Assembly (NCBI GenBank): GCA_051884775.1
Contig: JBJEVY010000070.1
Span: 2,033 to 66,032 of the forward strand
Source of the DNA: Candidatus Spyradenecus sp.
Lineage (GTDB): Bacteria; Verrucomicrobiota; Kiritimatiellia; RFP12; DVOR01
DNA length: 64,000 nucleotides
Direction: 5' to 3'
The notes below the pieces were generated by a model. The model saw only the letters and a program-made list of their open reading frames with translations. It was not told the origin of the DNA and did no database searches. Made by a program: the position numbers and the translations under genes. Shown here one piece after another: positions 9,303 through 17,309 of this stretch. Position 1 is the stretch's first letter, and each line of letters opens with the position of its first letter.

Positions 9303-10316
9303 TTAGCCCACTTCACCTACCGCTTTCGCGCCCTCTGGCGTCCAACGCGGCGAAACCAACAGATTATCCAACAGCGTCTGCTCGCGCTTCGGCTCCGACC
9401 AATCCCGCCCCGTTGCCCGCACCGCCGCGCTGCCCATATTCAGCTTATACCGCTTCGCCGGGTCCAGCGATTCCGCCCGCACTGGGATCCCCTCGCGCGA
9501 AAAGCCCACCCACGTCCTCCAACGCGCGTGCTCGGGCGCTTGCCACAGGCTCGGGTAGCGGCGGAAGAAGTCCGGCACCTCCGCCATCGGCGGCAAGACC
9601 TTCGCCCACGCAATCGGGCGCGAGGCGATGTAGGCGGCAATGTCAAAGAACCCCTTCCGCCGCTGCTGGGCAAAGGCCTCGCACGGATCCACGCCATAGA
9701 GATTGGCGCCATTCCAGACCCCGTGCTGCGGATCGATGAGGTAGTAGTAGCGGTTCATCATCACCCCAAGCTCGAAGTGCAGATGCGCCCGCGCCAGCGG
9801 AAAATCCGGCGTGTGCCCCATCACCCCCAAAGGCGACCCCGCCGCCAGCTGCTGCCCGGCCCGCAGCCCCTCGGCAAAGCGCCGCAAGTGCGCGTAGAGG
9901 GTGTAGACCTCCCCAAAGCCCGCCACCGGGTGCGTCATCACCACGTAGTTCCCGTAGAGCGACTCGTTCAGCGCCTGGCGGTTCACATACACCACCAGCC
10001 CCGCCGCTGCCGCCCGGACCACATCCGTGGGGTCCCGGTCCCGCCGCCACGGCTGCACCGGCGCGATATCAATTCCCTCGTGAAAGCGCGGCGACCCATC
10101 GGCATACTTGCGCGTATTCCCGAACATCCCACTCTCCGGCCGCCCCGTCCCCGTGTCCATAAAGACCCCCTGGCGCACCGAGCCATCCAGCACCAACTGC
10201 CCCGTCGGCGGCTGAAGCACCAGCCGCCCCGCCGGCACGCCGCCCCCCCGCGCCGCACCGCTCAAAGCCGCCGACCCCAAAAGCGTCAAAAACTGCCGCC
10301 GCCGAATCTCACTCAT
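9303..10316 (-). CDS. M23-family metallopeptidase with Tat-type signal peptide
   Basis: RRRQFLTLLGSAALSGAA twin-arginine signal. HEGIDIA and HLHFEL (HxxxD / HxH) M23 motifs. Start taken at MSEIRRR (10316). Confidence 0.65.
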   Translation of the reverse strand: MSEIRRRQFLTLLGSAALSGAARGGGVPAGRLVLQPPTGQLVLDGSVRQGVFMDTGTGRPESGMFGNTRKYADGSPRFHEGIDIAPVQPWRRDRDPTDVVRAAAAGLVVYVNRQALNESLYGNYVVMTHPVAGFGEVYTLYAHLRRFAEGLRAGQQLAAGSPLGVMGHTPDFPLARAHLHFELGVMMNRYYYLIDPQHGVWNGANLYGVDPCEAFAQQRRKGFFDIAAYIASRPIAWAKVLPPMAEVPDFFRRYPSLWQAPEHARWRTWVGFSREGIPVRAESLDPAKRYKLNMGSAAVRATGRDWSEPKREQTLLDNLLVSPRWTPEGAKAVGEVG

Positions 10317-10463
10317 ACGTCCACAGCATACCACATTCCTGCTTGTGCGCGCTAGCGCGCGAATGAGATGCGCCTACGGCGCGAGAGGTGGAGGCAAGCC
10401 GCCGTGAGGTGGCCCTCCGGGCCGAGAGGTGCGGCTGCGCCGCGTGAGTGAAGGGGGATGACC

Positions 10464-10568
10464 GGACTACGGCGTGGTTGACCTCGAGAGACGGCGTGGT
10501 CGACCTCGAGAGACGGCGTGGTCGACCTCGAGAGACGGCGTGGTGCGAAACCCACCACGCCGTAGTCC
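10464..10568. repeat. Four tandem ~22-nt repeats (CGGCGTGGTCGACCTCGAGAGA) bracketed by a 15-bp inverted repeat (ggactacggcgtggt / accacgccgtagtcc)
   Basis: Read directly. Intergenic, between divergent M23 and NfeD genes. Confidence 0.8.
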
Positions 10569-10591
10569 ACGTGCCACCCTCCCCCGCGCGC

Positions 10592-10740
10592 GTTCACCGC
10601 CCACCGTTCTCCGTTCTCCGCTCACCGTTCACCGCTCACTGTTCACCGCTCACTGTTCACCGTTCACTGTTCACCGTTCTCCGCTCACTGTTCTCCGTTC
10701 ACTGTTCACCGTTCACCGTTCACCGTTCACTGTTCACCGC
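10592..10740. repeat. Heptanucleotide microsatellite (GYTCWCY)n, about 21 units
   Basis: gttcacc/gctcact/gttctcc units in perfect 7-nt register. Lies just upstream of the AT-rich putative promoter of the nfeD-SPFH operon. Confidence 0.85.
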
Positions 10741-10808
10741 CCCCACACACGCGCACGCGCATTGGTACTTTTATGCTATAGTATATGGCAGTTGAAAGGA
10801 GGCGCGCG

Positions 10809-11240
10809 ATGGATACGCTCTTTACATTTTGGCTGGTGTGCGGCCTGGTGCTAGTGCTCTCGGAGCTGGCGGTGCCGGGGTTCGTGATTTTCTTCTTCGG
10901 GATTGGAGCGTTGGTGACGGCGGGGGTGCATTGGGTGGTGCCGGCCTTGCCGCTGGCGGGGCAGTGTTTGGTCTTTGTGGTGGCCTCGTTGCTGACGCTG
11001 TGGTTGCTGCGCAAGCAGTTGATGCCGGGGCGGCGGACGCAGGAGGTGGAGGCCGAGCCCGACAACGAGCTGGTGGGCGCAACCGCGGAGGTGTGCGAAG
11101 CAATTCGCCCGGGTGTGCCGGGGCGGGTGCTCTTGCGCGGGGTGACGTGGACGGCCGAGGCGGCGGAAGCGCTCGAGCCGGGAGCGACGGTGCGGGTGGT
11201 GGCGCGGCAGAATATCACTTTACGGGTGGCGCGGCTGTGA
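10809..11240 (+). CDS. NfeD-family membrane protein (partner of SPFH/stomatin)
   Basis: Two TM segments plus a C-terminal OB-like soluble part. GGAGG RBS 7 nt before the ATG at 10809. Immediately upstream of the SPFH gene. Confidence 0.7.
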   Translation: MDTLFTFWLVCGLVLVLSELAVPGFVIFFFGIGALVTAGVHWVVPALPLAGQCLVFVVASLLTLWLLRKQLMPGRRTQEVEAEPDNELVGATAEVCEAIRPGVPGRVLLRGVTWTAEAAEALEPGATVRVVARQNITLRVARL

Positions 11241-11277
11241 GGCCAAGGACCCATAACACGAAAGAAAGGAACTGGTT

Positions 11278-12201
11278 ATGCCTGGATTAATCGTAGTTGG
11301 CGTGCTCATTATCGTGGTGCTCGCGGTGCTCTTCAAGACGGCGATTGTGGTGCCGCAGCGTTCGGCGTATATCGTTGAGCGGCTGGGCAAGTATGCTTCA
11401 ACGCTCGAGGCGGGCTTCCACATCCTGGTCCCCTTCATCGACCGCGTGGCCTACAAGCGCACCCTCAAGGAGACCCCCATCGACGTGCCGCCGCAGAAGT
11501 GCATCACGCGCGACAATATCACCGTGGATGTCGACGGCATCCTCTACTTGCAGGTGATGGACCCGGTCAAGGCCTCCTACGGCATCGATAACTACCTCTG
11601 GGCCTCCACCCAGTTGGCCCAGACGACGATGCGCTCGGAGATCGGCAAGCTCGACCTCGATGCCATCTTCGAGGTGCGCGACTCCATCAACTCGGCCATC
11701 TGCGGCGCGGTCGACAAGGCCTCCGACCCCTGGGGCGTGAAGGTGACGCGCTACGAGATTAAGTCCATCACCCCCCCGCGGACCATTCAGGACGCGATGG
11801 AGAAGCAAATGCGCGCCGAGCGCGAGAAGCGCGCGATGATTGCCGAATCTGAAGGTGAGCGCCAGGCGAAGATCAACCGCGCCGAGGGCGACAAGCAGGA
11901 GGCCATCGCCCGCTCCGAGGGTGAGAAGACCCGCCGCATCAACGAGGCCGAGGGCCGCGCCCAGGAAATCCAGTTGGTGGCCGAGGCGACCGCGCGCGGC
12001 ATTGCCTCGATTGCCCAGTCGATCAGCACCAATGAGGGCGGCACCGAGGCGGTGAACCTGCGCCTGGCCGAACAGTATCTCACCGAGTTCGGCAAGCTGG
12101 CCAAGGAGGGCACCTCGATGATCCTCCCGAGCAATCTCACCGACGTGGCCTCCGTGCTCAAGGTGGCCACCAGCGTGGTCCAGAAGGCCGGGCAGAAGTA
12201 A
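11278..12201 (+). CDS. SPFH/band-7 stomatin-like protein (QmcA/YbbK-like)
   Basis: N-terminal TM, band-7 core, C-terminal coiled-coil region rich in E/R/A (AEREKRAMIAESEGERQAKINRAEGDKQEA). Confidence 0.85.
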   Translation: MPGLIVVGVLIIVVLAVLFKTAIVVPQRSAYIVERLGKYASTLEAGFHILVPFIDRVAYKRTLKETPIDVPPQKCITRDNITVDVDGILYLQVMDPVKASYGIDNYLWASTQLAQTTMRSEIGKLDLDAIFEVRDSINSAICGAVDKASDPWGVKVTRYEIKSITPPRTIQDAMEKQMRAEREKRAMIAESEGERQAKINRAEGDKQEAIARSEGEKTRRINEAEGRAQEIQLVAEATARGIASIAQSISTNEGGTEAVNLRLAEQYLTEFGKLAKEGTSMILPSNLTDVASVLKVATSVVQKAGQK

Positions 12202-12893
12202 TGCCCGGCGCGGCGGCAGCATCGGGGACATTGGCGGAGGTCTATGCCTTCGCCAATCCCGCCTTGTTGGACGAGGCGCTGGCCATCCCCCACCCCAATC
12301 GTCTAGGGGCCGACAATCAGCGACTAGAGTTTCTGGGCGATGCCGTGCTGCAGATTTTGGCCTCCGAGCAGCTCTACGCGCATTACCCGGCGTGCGACGA
12401 AGGCCGGCTGACGGCCATGCGCATTCAGTTGGTCTGCGGACGGGCGTTGGCCGCGCGGGCGGAGACCTTGCCAGGCTTCTTGGAGGCACTCGCCGAGGCG
12501 AACCTGGGGCGCAGTTGGCCGCAGAAGGCGGTGGCCGATGCCTTTGAGGCCTATTTTGGCGCGGTGTGGTGCGATGGCGGGCTGGAGGCTGCACGCACGC
12601 TCTTTGCCCAGCTCTATGGCGAGGCGGCGCTGGAGAGCGTTTCGGGCGCCACCGACACCACGGCCAACCCCAAGGGCGAACTCATCGCCTATGCCCAAGG
12701 TCGCCACCTGCCCCTGCCGCGCTTCTCCCTGATTGGGCGCGAAGGGCCCGGCCACGCGCCTACCTTCCATTGCAAAGTGCGCTTCTGCGAGCAGGTCACC
12801 GAAGGGCGCGGCCCCTCCCGAAAGGCCGCCGAAGCCCAAGCCGCCCAGGCGATGCTCGACGCCCTCCTCCCCCAAGCGAAAAAGACAGTATGA
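12201..12893 (+). CDS. rnc: Ribonuclease III
   Basis: RNase III signature ERLEFLGDAVL. C-terminal dsRBD (NPKGELIAYAQ...PTFHCKV). Confidence 0.85.
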   Translation: MPGAAAASGTLAEVYAFANPALLDEALAIPHPNRLGADNQRLEFLGDAVLQILASEQLYAHYPACDEGRLTAMRIQLVCGRALAARAETLPGFLEALAEANLGRSWPQKAVADAFEAYFGAVWCDGGLEAARTLFAQLYGEAALESVSGATDTTANPKGELIAYAQGRHLPLPRFSLIGREGPGHAPTFHCKVRFCEQVTEGRGPSRKAAEAQAAQAMLDALLPQAKKTV

Positions 12894-13735
12894 CCGATTA
12901 CGAATTGCTCGATAGCGGCCGCGGTGCCAAGCTCGAACGCTTTGCCGGCGTCACCCTCTCCCGTCCCTGCGCCCAGGCGGTCTGGCAGCCCTGCACGCCC
13001 AAGCGCTGGGCGCAGGCCGATGCCACCTTCGATCGCGAGGAGGGCAACCGTTGGCACGGGCGCAGCCGTCTGCCCAAGCAATGGGTGCTGACCGTCGATG
13101 GCACGCGCTTCAACCTCTCGGGGACCGACTTCGGCCACCTGGGCATCTTCCCCGAGCAGCGCGCACAGTGGGCGTGGATTAAGGCGCAGGTGGCCGCCGC
13201 CCGGGAGCTGCGCACCGAGCGGCCGCGCGTGCTCAACCTCTTTGCCTACTCGGGCGGCTCGACGCTCGCGGCGGCGCTGGCCGGGGCGGAGGTCTGCCAC
13301 GTGGATGCCTCGAAGGGGATGGTGCAGTGGGCGCGGGAGAATGCCGAGCTCAACGGCCTGAAGGAGCACCCCATCCGCTGGATCGTCGATGACGTGCACA
13401 AGTTTATGAACCGCGAGCTGCGGCGCGGACGGCAGTATGAGGGGATTATCCTCGACCCGCCCACCTACGGCCGCGGCGGCAATGGCGAAACCTATAAGAT
13501 CGAGCGCGACCTGCCCGAGACCCTCCGCCTCTGCCGCGCCCTGCTCAGCGAGCGGCCGAAGTTTCTCCTCCTCTCGGCCCACACCCCCGGCCACACCCCC
13601 ATCGTGCTCGGCAACATCCTCACCCAGGCGATGCGCAGCCTGGGCGGGAGCATCGAGACCGGCGAAATGTGCCTGACCGGCGCGCCGGAGGTCTTTCCCC
13701 TCCCCTCGGGCGCCTATGCCCGTTGGCAGGCTTAA
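12890..13735 (+). CDS. Class I SAM-dependent RNA methyltransferase (RlmI/PF10672-like)
   Basis: VLNLFAYSGGSTLAAALAGAEVCHVDASK SAM-binding region. ATG overlaps the rnc stop (ATGA). The upstream in-frame extension (12566) overlaps rnc and was rejected. Confidence 0.6.
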   Translation: MTDYELLDSGRGAKLERFAGVTLSRPCAQAVWQPCTPKRWAQADATFDREEGNRWHGRSRLPKQWVLTVDGTRFNLSGTDFGHLGIFPEQRAQWAWIKAQVAAARELRTERPRVLNLFAYSGGSTLAAALAGAEVCHVDASKGMVQWARENAELNGLKEHPIRWIVDDVHKFMNRELRRGRQYEGIILDPPTYGRGGNGETYKIERDLPETLRLCRALLSERPKFLLLSAHTPGHTPIVLGNILTQAMRSLGGSIETGEMCLTGAPEVFPLPSGAYARWQA

Positions 13736-13758
13736 CGCAACCAGGCAGGCGGCAGGCG

Positions 13759-15225
13759 ATGGCACGGCGGCGAGGCAAGTGGATTTGGGCGGCAGTGGCG
13801 GGGCTCTGGGCCGCGGTGGCGGGCGCGGAGGTCACGCTCCGGCCGGACTACACGGAGATTGTGGTGCCGCCGAACATTGCCCCGCTGAACTTTGATGTGC
13901 TCGGCGCCGAGCCCGGCAGTCGAGTGACTTTGAGCAATGGGCGCGTGACCGAGCACTTTGGCACGCAGGTCCGCCTGGGGGAGCGCTTCTGGCGCGAGCT
14001 CTTGCAGGCCGAGGCCTATACCATCACCGTAGAGGCGCCCGACGGCACGGCGCGCTTCTGCGCCACCAACACCGTCGCCCGCGAGGCCATCGACCCAGTG
14101 CTGGCCTACCGCCTCATCCCGCCGAGCTACGAGAACTACCGCCGCGTGGGGCTCTATTGGCGCGACCTAACCACCTTCGCCGAGCATCCGCTCTACACCA
14201 ACACCCAATCCTCCACCAAGCAGTGCGTCAACTGCCACACCTTCAACCAAGGCGATAGCGAGACCTTCCTCTTCCACCTCCGCGCCGAAAATCCCGGCAC
14301 CATTATCTATCGCGGTGCCGATGACCCCGGGCGCAAGTGCAACTTCAAGGGCGGGCCCTTCTTCTCCTCGGGCGTCTATCCCGCCTGGCACCCCTCTGGC
14401 CGCTACATCGCCTTCTCGGTCAACGACACGATGCAGTGCTTCTACTACGCCAACCCCGACAAGATCGAGGTCCTCGACACGCGTAGCGATATGCTCCTCT
14501 ACGACCTGGATCGCGATGAGGCCCTCCCCATCGAGACCACCCCCGAGCTCTTCGATTGCTTCCCCACCTGGTCGCCCGACGGTCTGACCCTCTACTCCGT
14601 CGCCGCCGAGCCCGGCTTCCAATCCATCCCCGAGGAGAAGGAGGAGCGCTCGCGTCAGGCCATCTCTGGCTACACCAACCTCTGTTACAACCTCATCTCG
14701 CGCACCTTCGACCCCGCCGCGCGCACCTTCTCCAAGCCGCGGATGGTCATCAACGCCTCCAAGGAGGGCCGCTCCATCACCCTCCCGCGCGTCTCGCCCG
14801 ATGGCCGTTGGCTCGTCTTCACCCTCGGCCCCCAGGGCGTCTTCCACATCTGGCACCGCCAGGCCGACCTGTGGATGCTCGACCTGCGCGAGCGCGCCTT
14901 CCGCCCCCTCACCGAGATCAACTCCAACAACGTGGAGAGCTACCACACCTTCTCCTCTAACGGCGCCTGGATGGTCTTCTCCTCCCGCCGCGACGACGGC
15001 GCTTACACCCGCCCCTACTTCACCCACTTCGACCCCGCCTCCGGCCGCTTCTCCAAACCCTTCCTCCTCCCTCAGGCCGACCCCGCCCACCACGACCGCC
15101 GGATGCTCTCCTACAACGTCCCCGAGTTCGCCAAGGGCCCGCCCGGCCGCTCCCCGCGCGAAATCCGCCGCCTGGCCGAACAGCCCGCCAAGACCGCCAA
15201 CTTCCCCGAGCAACCCGCCCCCTAA
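13759..15225 (+). CDS. Secreted hypothetical protein with TolB/PD40-like beta-propeller repeats
   Basis: Signal peptide MARRRGKWIWAAVAGLWAAVAGA. WSPDG and VSPDGRWLVF repeats. Start moved to 13759. Confidence 0.45.
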   Translation: MARRRGKWIWAAVAGLWAAVAGAEVTLRPDYTEIVVPPNIAPLNFDVLGAEPGSRVTLSNGRVTEHFGTQVRLGERFWRELLQAEAYTITVEAPDGTARFCATNTVAREAIDPVLAYRLIPPSYENYRRVGLYWRDLTTFAEHPLYTNTQSSTKQCVNCHTFNQGDSETFLFHLRAENPGTIIYRGADDPGRKCNFKGGPFFSSGVYPAWHPSGRYIAFSVNDTMQCFYYANPDKIEVLDTRSDMLLYDLDRDEALPIETTPELFDCFPTWSPDGLTLYSVAAEPGFQSIPEEKEERSRQAISGYTNLCYNLISRTFDPAARTFSKPRMVINASKEGRSITLPRVSPDGRWLVFTLGPQGVFHIWHRQADLWMLDLRERAFRPLTEINSNNVESYHTFSSNGAWMVFSSRRDDGAYTRPYFTHFDPASGRFSKPFLLPQADPAHHDRRMLSYNVPEFAKGPPGRSPREIRRLAEQPAKTANFPEQPAP

Positions 15226-15236
15226 GGAGTCCTGCC

Positions 15237-16364
15237 ATGTCCTCCAAACCGCTCAAGATTCTCCAGATTCTCCCCTCGCTCGACGATGGCGGGGTGGAGC
15301 GCGGCGTGGTCGATTCCAACCGCCGCTACGTCCAGGCCGGCTGCGAAAGCTGGGTCATCTCCGCCGGCGGCAAGCGCGTGGCCGAGATTGAGGCCGATGG
15401 CGGCCACCACCTGACGCTCGAGGTCAAGAGCAAGAATCCCCTCTCGGCCCCCTGGCGGATGCTCCAACTCCGCCGTGCGCTCCGCCAGCTCCGCCCCGAC
15501 CTCATCCACTACCGCAGCCGCGTCCCCGGCTGGCTCACCCTCTGGGCCAACCGCGCGCGGGACCTGCGTCTGCCCACCGTCGCCACCCTCCACGGCCTCA
15601 ACCACCCCTGCTTCTACAGCAGCGTGATGGTGCGCGCCGACCGCGTCATCTGCGTCTCCTCCGCCGGGCTCGCCTTTGCCCAAGCAAACTACCCGTGGGT
15701 CGACCCCGCCCGCCTGGCGGTCATCCCCCGGGGTGTGGATGTGGCACGCTTCGACCCCGACCGCGCCGACCGCACCTGGATGGCCGCCTTCGCCCGCGAG
15801 CAGGGGCTGGAAGGCAAGTTCGTTGTCTCGGCCATTGGGCGCGTTTCGGCGCTCAAGGGGGTGGACATCCTCATCCGGGCGGTGGCCAAGCTCCACGCGC
15901 AGTGGCCCGAGCTCACGGCCCTGGTGGTCGGCGGGCCCCAGCGCGGCCAGGAGAGCGTCTACGCCAACCTGCAGAGCCTGGCGCGCGAGCTGGGCGTGGC
16001 CGAGGCCGTCCGCTTTGTGGGCAGCCAGCGCAATATTCCCGAGATTGCCGCCCTCTCGCGGGCGGTCTGCTCCTGCAATGTGAGCAAGCCCGAGAGCTTT
16101 GGGCGCACCGTCGCCGAGGCCCTGGCGATGGAAACGCCCGTCATCGCCGCAGCCCACGGCGGCGTGCTCGACATTGTCCGCCCCGACCGCGATGGCTATT
16201 TGGTCCCGCCCGGGGACGTTGAGGCGCTAGCCGAGGCCCTCCTGCGCCTGCGCTCGGCCGCCTTCACCGGTCTGCGCGAACACATCACCGCCACCTTCAC
16301 CGCCGACGTGATGGCCGAGCGCACGCTGGCGCTCTACCGCGAACTCCTCGCCTCTCGCGCCTAA
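15237..16364 (+). CDS. Glycosyltransferase family 4 (GT-B, WaaG-like)
   Basis: Typical GT4 C-terminal ESFGRTVAEALAMETPVIAAAHGG (E-x7-E region). Confidence 0.75.
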   Translation: MSSKPLKILQILPSLDDGGVERGVVDSNRRYVQAGCESWVISAGGKRVAEIEADGGHHLTLEVKSKNPLSAPWRMLQLRRALRQLRPDLIHYRSRVPGWLTLWANRARDLRLPTVATLHGLNHPCFYSSVMVRADRVICVSSAGLAFAQANYPWVDPARLAVIPRGVDVARFDPDRADRTWMAAFAREQGLEGKFVVSAIGRVSALKGVDILIRAVAKLHAQWPELTALVVGGPQRGQESVYANLQSLARELGVAEAVRFVGSQRNIPEIAALSRAVCSCNVSKPESFGRTVAEALAMETPVIAAAHGGVLDIVRPDRDGYLVPPGDVEALAEALLRLRSAAFTGLREHITATFTADVMAERTLALYRELLASRA

Positions 16365-16367
16365 CCC

Positions 16368-17309
16368 ATGGCCCTGCCCCTCTCCCTCTCAACCACCTAC
16401 TTCGCCGGACGCCACCAGCCCCCCGAAGCCAAGGCCGCCGAGGCGCGCGCCCTCGGTTTCGACGCCCTCGAGCTCGGGTACTTCATCCGCGAGACGGAGC
16501 TAGCCGCCTGGGAGCGCGCCCTCGCCGCCGAAGGCCTCGCCGTCACTAGCCTCCACGCCTTCTGCCCGATGCCCGTGGGCATGCCGCAATTGGGCCCGGA
16601 GCTCTTCTCGCTCGCTTCGCCCGACAAAGCCGAGCGCGAGGCCGCCCTCCGCGCCACCGAGCGCTCGCTCCGCTGCGCCCAAGCCTTCGGCGCCCAGGCC
16701 ATGGTGATGCACGGCGGGCGCATTTCCCTGCGCGAGCGCGGCCTGCTCTTCGGCTCCAAGCCCTACCACTCACGGCTGGAGCACGCCTTCCGCGCCTCTC
16801 GCGGGCGCCCCGACCTCGCCTTGGCCGAGTATGAACGCGACCTGCGCGAGGAGGCCGCCCCGCGCTATCTCGATGCCCTCTCCTTCTCCCTCGATGCCCT
16901 CCTGCCCGCCTTCGAGGCCGCCCGCATCCCCCTCTGCTTCGAGAACCTGCCCGGCTTCGAGGCCTTCCCCGACCCCGCCGAGCTCGCCTTCCTGCGCACC
17001 CGCTTCCCCTCCCCCTGCCTCGGCGCGTGGTACGACATCGGCCACGGCGAGCGCAAGGCCCGCGTGGGCGATTGGCCCGTGGCCGAGACCCTTCGTCTGA
17101 CCGCCGACTTCACCTTCGGCGTGCACATCCACGATGTCTGCGGCCTGCTGGAGGATCACCACGCCCCCGGCGAAGGCGCGGTCGACTTCGCGGCCCTGCG
17201 CCCCCTCCTTGCCCGCCCCGAGCTCCTGCGCGTCTTCGAGCCTGCCCCCGCCATCGCCCCCGAAGCCGTCCGCGCCGGCCGCGAGCTGATTGCCGAGCTC
17301 TTGGGATGA
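16368..17309 (+). CDS. Sugar phosphate isomerase/epimerase (xylose-isomerase-like TIM barrel)
   Basis: Family-level pattern only (ALGFDALELG...HGG...HIHD). Confidence 0.55.
   Translation: MALPLSLSTTYFAGRHQPPEAKAAEARALGFDALELGYFIRETELAAWERALAAEGLAVTSLHAFCPMPVGMPQLGPELFSLASPDKAEREAALRATERSLRCAQAFGAQAMVMHGGRISLRERGLLFGSKPYHSRLEHAFRASRGRPDLALAEYERDLREEAAPRYLDALSFSLDALLPAFEAARIPLCFENLPGFEAFPDPAELAFLRTRFPSPCLGAWYDIGHGERKARVGDWPVAETLRLTADFTFGVHIHDVCGLLEDHHAPGEGAVDFAALRPLLARPELLRVFEPAPAIAPEAVRAGRELIAELLG

Noticed and set aside
10448-10854. ORFs translating the heptamer microsatellite (FTVHRSL... repeats)
   Set aside because: The peptide periodicity simply mirrors the 7-nt (x3 = 21 nt) DNA repeat. 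No start context. The region is intergenic between divergent genes with good RBSs.
12566-12889. N-terminal extension of the SAM-methyltransferase ORF
   Set aside because: It overlaps the RNase III CDS in another frame. The ATG at 12890 overlaps the rnc stop (ATGA), and the conserved domain begins there.
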